A DNA stretch of 63,966 bases, the filler included, from Octopus bimaculoides (taxonomy: Eukaryota): NCBI RefSeq assembly GCF_001194135.2. It is 4 parts of 4 records of this genome, joined end to end, with 100 filler letters (N's around TTAATTAATTAA, not from the genome) between each part and the next. Parts side by side here need not be neighbours in the genome. Positions count along the whole stretch, not along the records: positions 1 to 31,257 come from NC_068981.1; 3 more parts are not named here. One strand, 5' to 3'. The first letter of the stretch is position 1, and the number at the start of each line of letters is the position of its first letter. Positions 11,223 through 24,989 of this stretch are shown here, one piece after another. The notes below the pieces were generated by a model, which saw only the letters and a list, made by a program, of their open reading frames with translations, had not been told where the DNA came from and did no database searches. The position numbers were made by a program, and so were the translations under genes.

Positions 11223-12605
11223 NNNNNNNNNNNNNNNNNNNNNNNNNNNNNNNNNNNNNNNNNNNNNNNNNNNNNNNNNNNNNNNNNNNNNNNNNNNNNN
11301 NNNNNNNNNNNNNNNNNNNNNNNNNNNNNNNNNNNNNNNNNNNNNNNNNNNNNNNNNNNNNNNNNNNNNNNNNNNNNNNNNNNNNNNNNNNNNNNNNNNN
11401 NNNNNNNNNNNNNNNNNNNNNNNNNNNNNNNNNNNNNNNNNNNNNNNNNNNNNNNNNNNNNNNNNNNNNNNNNNNNNNNNNNNNNNNNNNNNNNNNNNNN
11501 NNNNNNNNNNNNNNNNNNNNNNNNNNNNNNNNNNNNNNNNNNNNNNNNNNNNNNNNNNNNNNNNNNNNNNNNNNNNNNNNNNNNNNNNNNNNNNNNNNNN
11601 NNNNNNNNNNNNNNNNNNNNNNNNNNNNNNNNNNNNNNNNNNNNNNNNNNNNNNNNNNNNNNNNNNNNNNNNNNNNNNNNNNNNNNNNNNNNNNNNNNNN
11701 NNNNNNNNNNNNNNNNNNNNNNNNNNNNNNNNNNNNNNNNNNNNNNNNNNNNNNNNNNNNNNNNNNNNNNNNNNNNNNNNNNNNNNNNNNNNNNNNNNNA
11801 TATATATATATATATATATATAATGCATATAAACATACATATATATAGGTGGGGGTTCATGTATGTATATATATCATTTATTCTCAATCGAACACGCAGC
11901 ATATTAGCAATTCAATAAAGAACACAATAACTTTCAAAGATAGTGTTTGGTCTCTGACTATGGACATACGGTATGCAAACTGTTTCAGTGTGTCAGCACA
12001 ATCTCTACATAGGTCGCATAAGTATATCTATCATTTTCGACGTATGTAGAGAGGCCATATTGAAAGCAAGCAAGGAAAGTGCATTAATGCATATATAAAA
12101 CCATGCAACGAAAAATTAAATTTATTTTTTTATTTTAAATCTATAAATCAAATTGTGTCCTGATAGACATTTGCAGTAATATCACCATATAAGGGAATTC
12201 CTCTAAAACTATTTTTGATTGACAGGTAGAAAGTGATAAAGAAATTCGAATCGATATATATTTGAACGGATATTGCCAGAATTAATATTGATATATATTC
12301 TTCTAAACATTATATTATATGAGGATTCGATTTTATCAAATTAGTGTAATATTTATATATTATGGAGGAAGAATTTTTTTTTGAAGAAAGAAACAATAAA
12401 AGATGTTTCCTAAAAAGTAGTTTCCTAAAATGACAAAAAGAAACTTACCCTTTGTGACTTAAACGGAGCAATGTAGATTTCTTGTTATATGACACGAGGG
12501 TAAATATATCTATCTTTCTTTTTCTTTTTTCGTTTTTCAATAATACAAATTTTCCGATATGATATGTAAACAGTAGTGAGTTAATGAAATTGGATGCTCA
12601 AATAG

Positions 12606-12642
<37 letters not shown>

Positions 12643-14459
12643 NNNNNNNNNNNNNNNNNNNNNNNNNNNNNNNNNNNNNNNNNNNNNNNNNNNNNNNNNN
12701 NNNNNNNNNNNNNNNNNNNNNNNNNNNNNNNNNNNNNNNNNNNNNNNNNNNNNNNNNNNNNNNNNNNNNNNNNNNNNNNNNNNNNNNNNNNNNNNNNNNN
12801 NNNNNNNNNNNNNNNNNNNNNNNNNNNNNNNNNNNNNNNNNNNNNNNNNNNNNNNNNNNNNNNNNNNNNNNNNNNNNNNNNNNNNNNNNNNNNNNNNNNN
12901 NNNNNNNNNNNNNNNNNNNNNNNNNNNNNNNNNNNNNNNNNNNNNNNNNNNNNNNNNNNNNNNNNNNNNNNNNNNNNNNNNNNNNNNNNNNNNNNNNNNN
13001 NNNNNNNNNNNNNNNNNNNNNNNNNNNNNNNNNNNNNNNNNNNNNNNNNNNNNNNNNNNNNNNNNNNNNNNNNNNNNNNNNNNNNNNNNNNNNNNNNNNN
13101 NNNNNNNNNNNNNNNNNNNNNNNNNNNNNNNNNNNATATATATATATATATATATAACCGCACGCGCACACATACGTATATATGTGTGTGCGGGGAGGTG
13201 GTTAGTGATTCTGCCAATGTCTGATATAAATTCGATCTATCGAATTACATTCATATCTTTCTAGCTGTCATTCAAAAGTAACTTCACAAGTGTAACCTTA
13301 TATGGTGATACAACTGTTATTGTCTATTTGGTCAATAGCTACAATTTTTAAATTAAAGTTTTCCATCCGGGTATGTATATTCTTTATACCTTTTGTTTGC
13401 TGATTTCAATAATTACCCTGTAAATCTATTGGACATAGTTAATAAATCATATGTGTGAACAGAATCATCTCCTTACATGTTTCTCTCGTCAGGATAGACG
13501 CACAATTCAACGCGATTTAGCCTTTCTCTTAGTGAGCATAGCTTTTTAGATGGCAACTTCTTGAGAGAACACATTAAGCATTAACAATAGTCTTCATTTC
13601 AGTGGTTAAAATGATACAAACTTCATTCTATGATCAATATTATACACCTTCCTTTCGAATGACTCTTTTCTATATCTCATATTTTCCTTTATTTCCTAAC
13701 AGAGTAGCCATGTTGTTTCAGCTTGAACACTTACTAGATCGTGCATGTTAAGCATTACAACCCCGCTCGATTGCCGCACTATCCGAGCATAAAAGTTTAA
13801 TTAGCTCACGTATAACTCATAGATTCATTAAATACTATTTATCTCTCGTTGAATTGAGTGCTGTGTTTGCTTTTTTATTAATCCTGTCATCTAGTGAGCA
13901 TATACCCTTAGAACACACAAATTGACGCTGTACATTCATATGAACTTACATCACATACGATTGGCCTACGTGGAGTTGATGTTTCTAAGGATGCAACCAA
14001 CGTAATACAGGAATGGATTGCTCTATCCGCAATATACCTACAACCCTGCCATATGTTAGGATGCTCCTAGAGAAAGTGGAAGACTATGTGAGATGGGCAC
14101 GCTTGAAGGCTCTATATCTTAATGTTGAGCTGATGCATGCATCTCAAGAAGTTTCTGTTATCGAACTTTAAAAAACCCTATTTCGTGATTAGACACCCTG
14201 TCTGACGCACTTTAGACTTTCCCTACTCGACTAACCATGCTAGGCATAGATTTCTTCTAGATGTCAACACCTAAATAAAACATAAACACACACACACAGA
14301 CACACGTGCATATACATATATCTACAGATACCCGCACATTCATACATAAGCTCGTTACGATTCAAAAAGCTTCAGTTTTATGTGTGTCTGAGTCTAAGTG
14401 GCGTGTGTGCATTGTAGGTATGTGTGCTGTGCGTGTATGTCTTGTGCGTGTCTGTGTGC

Positions 14460-14510
<51 letters not shown>

Positions 14511-15489
14511 TGTGTGTCTGTGCATAACATATATTTTCTTGAATCGTGAAATTTCCAATAAATCAAACGATTTAAGAATGGAAGCAGTGGGACACTATCT
14601 ATGAAATACATCGAAATATTATCAATCATATTGATTTGATTTGCTGCGATAAAATGGTTTGATATCGTGTCACGTATTCCACTGTTCACTCTCTCATGCG
14701 CAGGCATGCAAACAAACGTAGTGTTTTCGTGTCTTCAACAACATCTAGAAACACATCTAGCAAAGAAGGAAATGATGTTGCTGAAGGCAGAGTATAGATG
14801 AATGAATTAATTCTCTTTTTACTTTATGGTTATCATTACTGGGAAATGAACCATTTAAACCAGATATTTCAACATTCCCCCTAAAGCTAGATATATAAAT
14901 ATTTGCAAATTTTCACCAATTCCGAGGTTTTGTTAAAAATTGCAAAAGACAAAAGATGTTCTCGCCTAAAGAAAAGAATCCACCTTCTCGAAACAATAAT
15001 GTACGGACGGCGTATTGTATATTAGATGAATCGATTTTATATTTCTCAATATTAACATCTCTTAAACTAAATATATTTTTATATATTGCAATAGTACAGC
15101 ATATTTTAAGTGCATAACTATGTATGATGAGAGATTCCTCTAAAGGTATTTTCGCTAAACCCTATAGTGCAACTGAATAGTCTACAGGAGTTTTATAATG
15201 CCTGTACATACTAAACAGTTCTTTTAATAAGGGTTATAGAATCAGTGTTCATCTTGTTGCCGTCGTGACTCACCTTGATATTATTTCAATTAAATAACTT
15301 ATTCTATCTATACTGAACCAACGGTCAGTGGGGACATTCTTACAGCTATAATTCATGTTAATACTATTTTTGCTAAACATCTTAGTATACCTACATGGGG
15401 GCAATGGTCTACTGGGAGATGCTTATTTATTAGGTTTACGAAAATATTGGTAACAATGAGACATGAAAAAACACTAAATATTTTTTTTA

Positions 15490-16235
15490 ATGAAACGTTA
15501 GCGGGGTTGTTGTCTTGGGCGTTTGTTGACAACAGGTCTTCAAATCTCAAGAAACTTTTTTAAGATTTTGCAGAATACAGGCTGGCACATTTTTGCAGGT
15601 CAATTGTGCAGCTGTCAATTTTAATCTCTTGCAACCTCTTTAGGTAGCAATTTGGGGGTTGTGCCAAATTCGCCAATTACTACAGGAACAGTTCTCACTT
15701 TGATCTTGCACAATCTTTTCATCTTCTGGCTAGGTTTTGATATTTCTCAAATTTCTCAGTTTCTTTGATATCGATTCTAAAATCATATTGCAAAAGAATA
15801 TGACCTTGCTTTATTATTATTTTTTTGTCTGCTATAACCATATCTGATCACTTTGCTTCAGTACTATAGTCAACCTTTATGCAAAAAGCCTATAAATTAT
15901 TCTATTATTCTCCATCACAACCTCTGCTTCTTGTTCATACCACACTTCAATCACTTTGAATCTACACATTAGGTGAACATCTCAATGTACTCTTCTACCG
16001 ACACATGCACACCTGCTCTTCTTTTCTTTTCTTCTTTTGTACTAGCCTACTGCCTTCCTTTAAGAGACAATAGTTTCATCTCCTTTCCTACAGATTCTGC
16101 GTTTGCTTCCTGACTGAGTTTCATAAATCTTTGCCTTTATAAATTTTATTGCAATGGCTTTTCCCTGAGCGACAATAATTATTGATTCTGCTTCTCATTT
16201 CGTATTTCTCTCGGTCAAATTTGCCTTTCGTCACT
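15490..16235 (-). mobile_element. R4/Dong-type (RLE) LINE, degenerate 3' fragment
   Basis: Minus-strand translations EAESIIIVAQGKAIAIKFIKAKIYETQSGSKRRICRKGDETI, WYEQEAEVVMENN, IDIKETEKFEKYQNLAR, KIKVRTVPVVIGEFGTTP match the zinc-knuckle and RLE region; has stops and frameshifts. Confidence 0.85.
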
Positions 16236-16236
16236 C

Positions 16237-16340
16237 TGAGGCCAATACAGTAATCTACGAATCAAATACTTGGGTCAATTTTATCAACTACCACTCTTCC
16301 TTAAAATTGCTGGCCTTGTGCCTAAACTACAAACAATAAA
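16237..16340 (+). mobile_element. SINE family B 3' end
   Basis: AAATTGCTGGCCTTGTGCCTAAA tail. Confidence 0.65.
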
Positions 16341-16539
16341 TATAAGATTTTTATTAAAAAAAAACTGATTAATCCTATTTCATCAAAAGTCAAACAAACA
16401 TAGGTTACACAAAAACTGGTGTGTGCAAACATGTGCAACTGCGTGAGGTGTTTGTTTGATCGACGATGTCCAAAGGTACTCAAGTAAGTGTTAATGTTTG
16501 TATGTAACTGCGTATGTATGTGTATGCAATCATGTATCT

Positions 16540-16888
16540 ATGTATGTACGCATGTATGCACCTATGTATGTATGTATGTATGTATGTATGTATGTATGCA
16601 TGTATGTATGTATGTATGTATGTAAAGGAGAACATTCGTGAATCTGAAGAAGTACATATACATAATTTTATTTAAATACATTGGGAGATGGGCAGACATA
16701 CACGCAGGAGAACAGACTGATACTCAAGAATATATATATATAAACTGTGAGCGAGAGAGAGAAAGAGAAAATGGGGAGAAAGAGAGAAGGAGAAAGAGGT
16801 GTGAGGAGGAGAGACAATTACACAGATAGGTAGGTTGGTGGACAGACAGACAGACAGACAGACAGATAGATAGATGGATGGGTGGATG

Positions 16889-16951
<63 letters not shown>

Positions 16952-17190
16952 GTGATCCGGAACGAATAGATAAAACGAAAGAATAGATTGTGAAAGGTTG
17001 AGGTGAGAGAGATCCACAATAGAACAAAGAGAGAGCGGAGAAAAAAGGAAGACACAGAGAGAGGAGTAGAGATAGAGAGGTTGTGCGTGTGAGAGAGGGC
17101 GAGAGAGTAACAAACAGACTGACAAACATCAGACAAATAGATAGGCAGACAGTCAAAGGAGAGAGACAGAGGAGGAGAGAGGGAAAACGC
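16540..17190. repeat. (TATG)n followed by a purine-rich GA/GACA/GATA mosaic
   Basis: Directly visible. Confidence 0.9.
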
Positions 17191-17691
17191 TTTTAGCTTA
17201 TAGCCAGCTTTGATTCTCTATTCCGGAACGAAAGAGATTCTCTGAAAAACTGATGTGGACAGCTGCAAATCTGTTCACGGTTGTTCGCTCCAAATGTAGA
17301 AAACGGATTTGAACGTATATAAGTTTAAAAAATTCATTCCGCACCAAACACCAGTTATCATATGAACGATGTTCCAGCGTGTATGCGTACGTATGCGTGC
17401 ATGACTGTGGAGTTTCGGTATAGAGGGGTGGAGAGATGAATGCTTTTGCGTTTCTGTCTGTCTGTCGATGTGTGATTGTGTCTGCCTGCTTATATATGCT
17501 TGAGAGTTTGTGCCTGTGTGAGGGGGCGATATACGATTCGGTATTTGTTTGACCGAAATTATGTGTTGTTGTTTTTTTTTATGTCTATGAATGCGTGATG
17601 TTTGTGAACATATATATATATGTCTACTCTGCATAAGTGTCTACTCTGTGTGTGTAAGAGAGAGAGAATATTTGTGTGTGTATATATATAT

Positions 17692-17759
<68 letters not shown>

Positions 17760-18138
17760 CCAAACTCGCTCTCACACACACACGTACATTTATTTATATA
17801 CACTAAAAGAAAGATTGAAAGAAAGCGATTTAGATAGATAGATAGATAGATAGATAGAGTGAGTGAGTGAGTGAGTGAGCAACAGAGACAGAGAGAGAAA
17901 GAGAGAGTGGAGCCGGACAGATAAGTAGACATAAGCTCGTACAGAAACATACACATACACATATATATGGATACTTGTACGTGTGCCAGTAAACGCGTCT
18001 AACAAAATTTGCACAAATTTCCAGAAGCGTATAAAAGTATCTGTACGTAGTCATATGCAAATTAATGCTTGCGTATTTGTTTAGATCTATGCATTTGCAT
18101 GTGTGTATGTGTGTATGAGTCTAGATATACATACATAC

Positions 18139-18186
<48 letters not shown>

Positions 18187-18704
18187 AAAGGATGTATTAT
18201 AATACTATTCCACATGTACAAAAACAGTCATAGCAACAATCCAACGTATTTCCATCATCAGCTGCCCCACTGATATCATTATGGTTTTGACCCCTGAGCA
18301 GTACCAACACTAAAATAAGTGCTCGTTTGGGAACAAACAAACCAAAGAAACCACAACATTCAAACACGTTTATCCTGTGGACAACCGTATCGGTGAATAA
18401 ATTCAACAAGTACATTACAACCAACTCTTAAATACGAAACAGCGACCAATCCCTTAAGTCATACAAAAATTATGATCCCTACCGTCTTCCATAGTATAAT
18501 ATAACAGTGAAAGCTTAATAACCACATTCATTCAATCAATCAATTTCTAGGCAGGATTAAACACTAACTTTAATAAAACTACACCAAAGAAACACATATC
18601 CATACATCAGTNNNNNNNNNNNNNNNNNNNNNNNNNNNNNNNNNNNNNNNNNNNNNNNNNNNNNNNNNNNNNNNNNNNNNNNNNNNNNNNNNNNNNNNNN
18701 NNNN

Positions 18705-18767
<63 letters not shown>

Positions 18768-19224
18768 TACACACGCTTCTACACACATGGTCGTGGTATT
18801 ATTCGGTCCATAAGCCCTAACTAGCATTATCATTCCACGCAATCTCACATCACCTCAAAAGAGAAGGACAGCCTCGCTAAGTGTACCACTTCAATTTCCC
18901 TTTAACAATACGACATCGTAGATTAATCTGTCGTCCAGTTGAATACCTCTACATGGTCCTCTGCTACCTTTAACAGAGTTCATTCTGTTGAAAGTATTCG
19001 GTCCGGCTTCCTTCAAGTTCTTCACTACTTTTCATCAGTCGGGGAAGCTAGGAAAAATGTCACAGACACTATTCTTCTGCAGTTCCACCTCTGACAAAGC
19101 AATTAACACTAATAATGTTAGGTACTTGAAACATAGGTGCATGGTTTAAAGTATGGTGGGAGTGAGTAAACTGGATGCATATAAACGTTAAGTAAATCTT
19201 ACCTCCGTCTTCAAGGTGGAGAGA

Positions 19225-20415
19225 CTGATTCGGACCTATGACTTTATTTTATCGGCCATAAAGTAATGAAAGGCACAGTTGACCTCAGCTGAATTTGAAC
19301 TCAGAACTAAATAATGCTAACAAGAATAGTTATTTCAACTATGGCCATGAAACCTGAATTCTCGGAAAAAGAGGTTGGTCGATGTAATCGGCTCCAGTGC
19401 TCAACAGATACTTATTTCATCGACCCTGAAAGGATAAAGATCAAAATCGACCTCGACGGAACTTGAACACAGAAGATGATGTCCGGTAAGAAATGCTGCA
19501 AAATAATTTTCCTACAATTTAACAATTTACCGTCCTTGTTTCCGGTTTAGGGACAGGACAAGCAATTTTGAGCAGAGAGGGTTAATCGATACCATCAAGC
19601 GTAGTATTTGATTGTTACTGTAATTTATCGCCCCAGAAGGGAAGAAAGGGAAGTATGACCTCGGCAGGATTTGAACTCAGAATGGAAAGACCAGAAACAA
19701 ATACCGCAAGGTGCTTTCTCGCTCTTTGCCAATTCTACAAATCCAATTTCTTGGATGTTTCTAAATTCCGCACAAGGGCAATAATTTTGAAAGAATGGCA
19801 GCTCGAGGTAATCGATCTCAGAACTTGACGGGTACCGTGTTTTTCTTATGTAGTAATGCAAGATAAAGTTCACCTCGGTAGGTTTTAAATATATAAAAAT
19901 TTGAATTTTGGCGCAAGGACAGCAATTTTCGAGGAATCGTAAGCTAGTCGGCAGAATTTCCTCTCAGAATATAAAGAAGCGAAACAACGCAACGATATTT
20001 TCCAACGCACCAACTCCAACCCGCAACTCTAAATATTGTTTCTGATACAGGCGGAAGGCCTAAGGCGGCGAGATGGCAGAATCATTAGCATTTCATCCCT
20101 CTTTACATTCTGACTTCAAATTCAACCGGGGTTGACTTTACCTTTCATTCTTTCGGAGTCGATAAGATAAGTACCAGTTGAGTACTGGGATCAACGTATT
20201 AGACTTACTCACTACCTTGAAATTGCTGGCCTTGTGCCAAAATTTGAAAACAATCAAGGTAGAGGGCTTGAAATTTGAGAGAGTCTGGGTTAGTAAATAA
20301 CATCGACAGTATTACTTGGCAGGTACTTTATTTTATCGATTCCGGAAAGATGAAAGGCAAAGCTGACCTAGGCAGAGTTTGAAGTGAAAACATAAAGAGC
20401 CAGAAAAAATACCCA
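19225..20415. mobile_element. Cluster of about seven SINE B copies (about five minus, one plus at 20060-20250, one minus at 20265-20415)
   Basis: Recurring ATCGACCC..AAGG.TGAAAGG.A.AGT.GACCTCG...G.ATTTGAACTCAGAA units; the plus copy ends GAAATTGCTGGCCTTGTGCCAAAATTTGAAA. Confidence 0.8.
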
Positions 20416-20520
20416 AGGCATACATTGGATAATGTAGCACGTGTAGCAAGGGATGGTCATGTCTGGAAAGCTTTTGATCATAGGTTTCCAAGATTACGGC
20501 TGACCTTGGGGCTAAGCACT
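20410..20520 (-). mobile_element. Repeat family D partial copy
   Basis: CATTGGATAATGTAG...GGATGGTCATGTCTGGAAAGCTTTTGATCATAGG...GCTGACCTTGGGGCTAA. Confidence 0.6.
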
Positions 20521-20617
20521 AAAATTGTTCACATTTTCATATTCCTATTATATTATTGATCACTTCTTTCATCTTATATTTCAATACGATTGACTCCCAT
20601 TCCTTTTCTGTTCTCTC

Positions 20618-21450
<833 letters not shown>

Positions 21451-21666
21451 AGAGAGAAAAGAAGCAGACAATACCAGTATGTCGCTCGCTTCTCACACCA
21501 CCACTCTCGCTTTTTCGAGCCACATCTCNNNNNNNNNNNNNNNNNNNNNNNNNNNNNNNNNNNNNNNNNNNNNNNNNNNNNNNNNNNNNNNNNNNNNNNN
21601 NNNNNNNNNNNNNNNNNNNNNNNNNNNNNNNNNNNNNNNNNNNNNNNNNNNNNNNNNNNNNNNNNN

Positions 21667-21726
<60 letters not shown>

Positions 21727-22024
21727 TTTGTCCCTCTCTCTTTCACCCACTCTTTGACACCCATCTTCCCTTCTATTAAACAATTTATCAAGGCGTACTA
21801 CACCGCCACGTACCAGACTTCAACGTTGCGACGCGAATACGTTTGCGCTTGCAAATTTACGTGTCAAAATCGAAGCAGGTGTAAATACAAGTAATTTTGT
21901 AGTTTTATTTACGTGCTATATATAACCACATTCCTTACCGTAGACAAAACAGCACACACACTCACACATATATACACACATGCATACATATTTATATATT
22001 TATATATTTAGACACGACCACCTG

Positions 22025-22065
<41 letters not shown>

Positions 22066-22258
22066 TTAACGTGGTTATCCGCAATTTAAAAACGAAAGGC
22101 TCAAGTACAAACGTCACTTCAGTGACGAAGGGTGAAAATCAGCACCAGCAATGCTAGAAATAAGAGTTAAAACAACCCTTAGCTACGACCAGGCCCTTAC
22201 CTATAGACTGACAAGGGAGACCAACCTCCCTATAGCAAGCGAGATACATACATACATA

Positions 22259-22289
<31 letters not shown>

Positions 22290-22542
22290 CATAGTGACAA
22301 GCTTGAATTCTGCAAAGCGTAAAACTTAAATGCCAAAGGATTATATACATGCATATACACCCATACATACAAACGTGCAAACATTCATACAGATATACAT
22401 ACGTGCATACAAAGATGCACGCATACAAACGCAGGTATTTGTAGAAGCACGTCAGAGCTGGTAGTACTGATAAATATATCTAAAAGCTTAACCTATAGTG
22501 AACATACATATTGATCGTGTGTGTGTAAGTGTGTTTTTCTGA

Positions 22543-22604
<62 letters not shown>

Positions 22605-22744
22605 ACACACACACACATATATACACGCATACATACAAATACATACATTTATATATATATATATATACAGAAACTTTTTGAACTTGTGATATGTATGGCT
22701 ATACATACATACATACATACATATATGCATGCGTGCGTGCGTGC

Positions 22745-22782
<38 letters not shown>

Positions 22783-22853
22783 TCATGCATTTCACATGTT
22801 TAAAAGGATCGATTAATTAAATTTTTGAATATGTAAACATACCCACACACCCA

Positions 22854-22907
<54 letters not shown>

Positions 22908-22984
22908 ATCTATCTTACATTACATTATTGTGTTCTGGCATGTTTAGCAGATTACAAGAATGATGGATAAGCACAATAGACTAA

Positions 22985-23320
22985 ATAAACCTGAGTTACT
23001 TACTGGTACGTATTTTATCGACCCTGGAAGAATGCAAATGAACACCAAATCCTGTGGAATTTGAACTAACCATAGGTAAATACCTCCCACAAATTATCGT
23101 GGCCGACAGATATATATTATGTATAGCTCATAAACATAGAAGTTCATAGATTTAAATGAGTATGCAGGGGTTGACATTGAACCTAATTATTTCAGAAGTA
23201 ATGTATTTTGTCGTCTACGAATCGATGAAAGTCTAAGACGACTTCTACACGATTCGAACTCAAAATTTAAAGGGACAAAATAAAGTACCACAAGCAATTT
23301 TGTTCGACATCCATGCTAAA
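22985..23320 (-). mobile_element. Two diverged SINE B copies
   Basis: CTGGTACGTATTTTATCGACCCTGGAAGAATG and GAAAGTCTAAGACGACTTCTACACGATTCGAACTCA. Confidence 0.6.
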
Positions 23321-24079
23321 ATGGTCTATATTAATGAATTATGAAGGGAAGGAAAAATTAAAAGATTCTGGATATCTATGTGCTAAGAAGAATTGGTTTC
23401 GAGAGACCTTAATTATGCAAAATAGTGTATAATCCCTAATAGCGTCTACTAGTTTTATTCTAGTAGTTGATGTCCTCCTATGTTTGACCTTTTTGGGAGT
23501 TTGACCTAAGATCAAAATTTTAGCGCGTGACCTCATTTTTTCTGCTCAAATATTATACAAAAGAACTGCTATTTCTCTGCCAGCTTTACGTATACATCTG
23601 CACACTTATACACATGCGCATAACTATACGCAAATATTTATATACGTAGAAGTCTGTATGTGAGTGCATGTTTATATCTCTGTATCTCTGTGTACCGCGT
23701 GTTTGTATGTGTGTTTGCTCGCATTCTGAAGTACATACGTATATCCAAATATTTACATATATACTGACATTTATATACACAAACGTGGCCGTAGCGAAAA
23801 TACTGACGTTTTTTTTTTGTGTTATCCAAGAAAATAGAGGAAACTGCACAATGAGTTTTATTTTGTTGTTTTGTGGCTTTTAAGATACAATTATGGTAAT
23901 AAATAAATATAATAGAATAATAAATATTTGCTCAGTAAGTTATTGATTTCTTGCATTGGCCCAAGGTATCATATATTTATTTGTTTCTATCTATCTATCT
24001 ATCTATCTATCTCACTCACTCACTCTCTCTCACACTCTCTCTCTATATATATATATGTGTGTATATATATATATATATA

Positions 24080-24185
24080 GTTTTAGGGAAAAGAACCAAG
24101 GTTCATGAACTCATCGATGAAAATCCACTGTCACATGTAGAAAAATTAATAAGTAAAAGCACAATAAATAAGTATAATATTTATT
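24080..24185 (+). mobile_element. Partial arm of the foldback element also found at 39408
   Basis: AAAAGAACCAAGGTTCATGAACTCATCGATGAAAAT...CACATGTAGAAAAATTAATAAGTAAA matches 39417-39484. Confidence 0.75.
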
Positions 24186-24537
24186 TTTCCCTAAGACTAT
24201 ATATATATATATATATATATATNNNNNNNNNNNNNNNNNNNNNNNNNNNNNNNNNNNNNNNNNNNNNNNNNNNNNNNNNNNNNNNNNNNNNNNNNNNNNN
24301 NNNNNNNNNNNNNNNNNNNNNNNNNNNNNNNNNNNNNNNNNNNNNNNNNNNNNNNNNNNNNNNNNNNNNNNNNNNNNNNNNNNNNNNNNNNNNNNNNNNN
24401 NNNNNNNNNNNNNNNNNNNNNNNNNNNNNNNNNNNNNNNNNNNNNNNNNNNNNNNNNNNNNNNNNNNNNNNNNNNNNNNNNNNNNNNNNNNNNNNNNNNN
24501 NNNNNNNNNNNNNNNNNNNNNNNNNNNNNNNNNNNNN

Positions 24538-24608
<71 letters not shown>

Positions 24609-24989
24609 AAACTGGGAAATTAGAATTGGTTATGTCTAGGTAGGTGAGTTATGTTTAAAACGATGCGGTGTATGACCGTTATAGGAATCTTCGATGTTAT
24701 CCTTCTATCTGCAAGATATGTTAGCGAAATTACTCTCAACGTTTTCGATACTTTATGTCAAACTGAAATACAGGACGGTCATTGTAGCAGCGTTTTTGAT
24801 CATAAGTCCGCTTGATTAAACCACAACCATAGCAAATTATCCAATGCACAATTACATCCATATGTCATTGAGTTTGCACCAGTCTGCTCGTACAGATAGA
24901 AAGAGTAGATTTAATTACATTCGAATGATACTGTAGTACTGACTTGTAAAATAATAGAAAATATATGCCTACATACCCCTAAAAAGTTA

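Noticed and set aside
13400-14220. Non-repetitive stretch with faint RT-like peptides (MLLEKVEDYVRWARLK) and a strong acceptor at about 13701
   Set aside because: No diagnostic motif and no matching donor; too degenerate to call without BLASTx.
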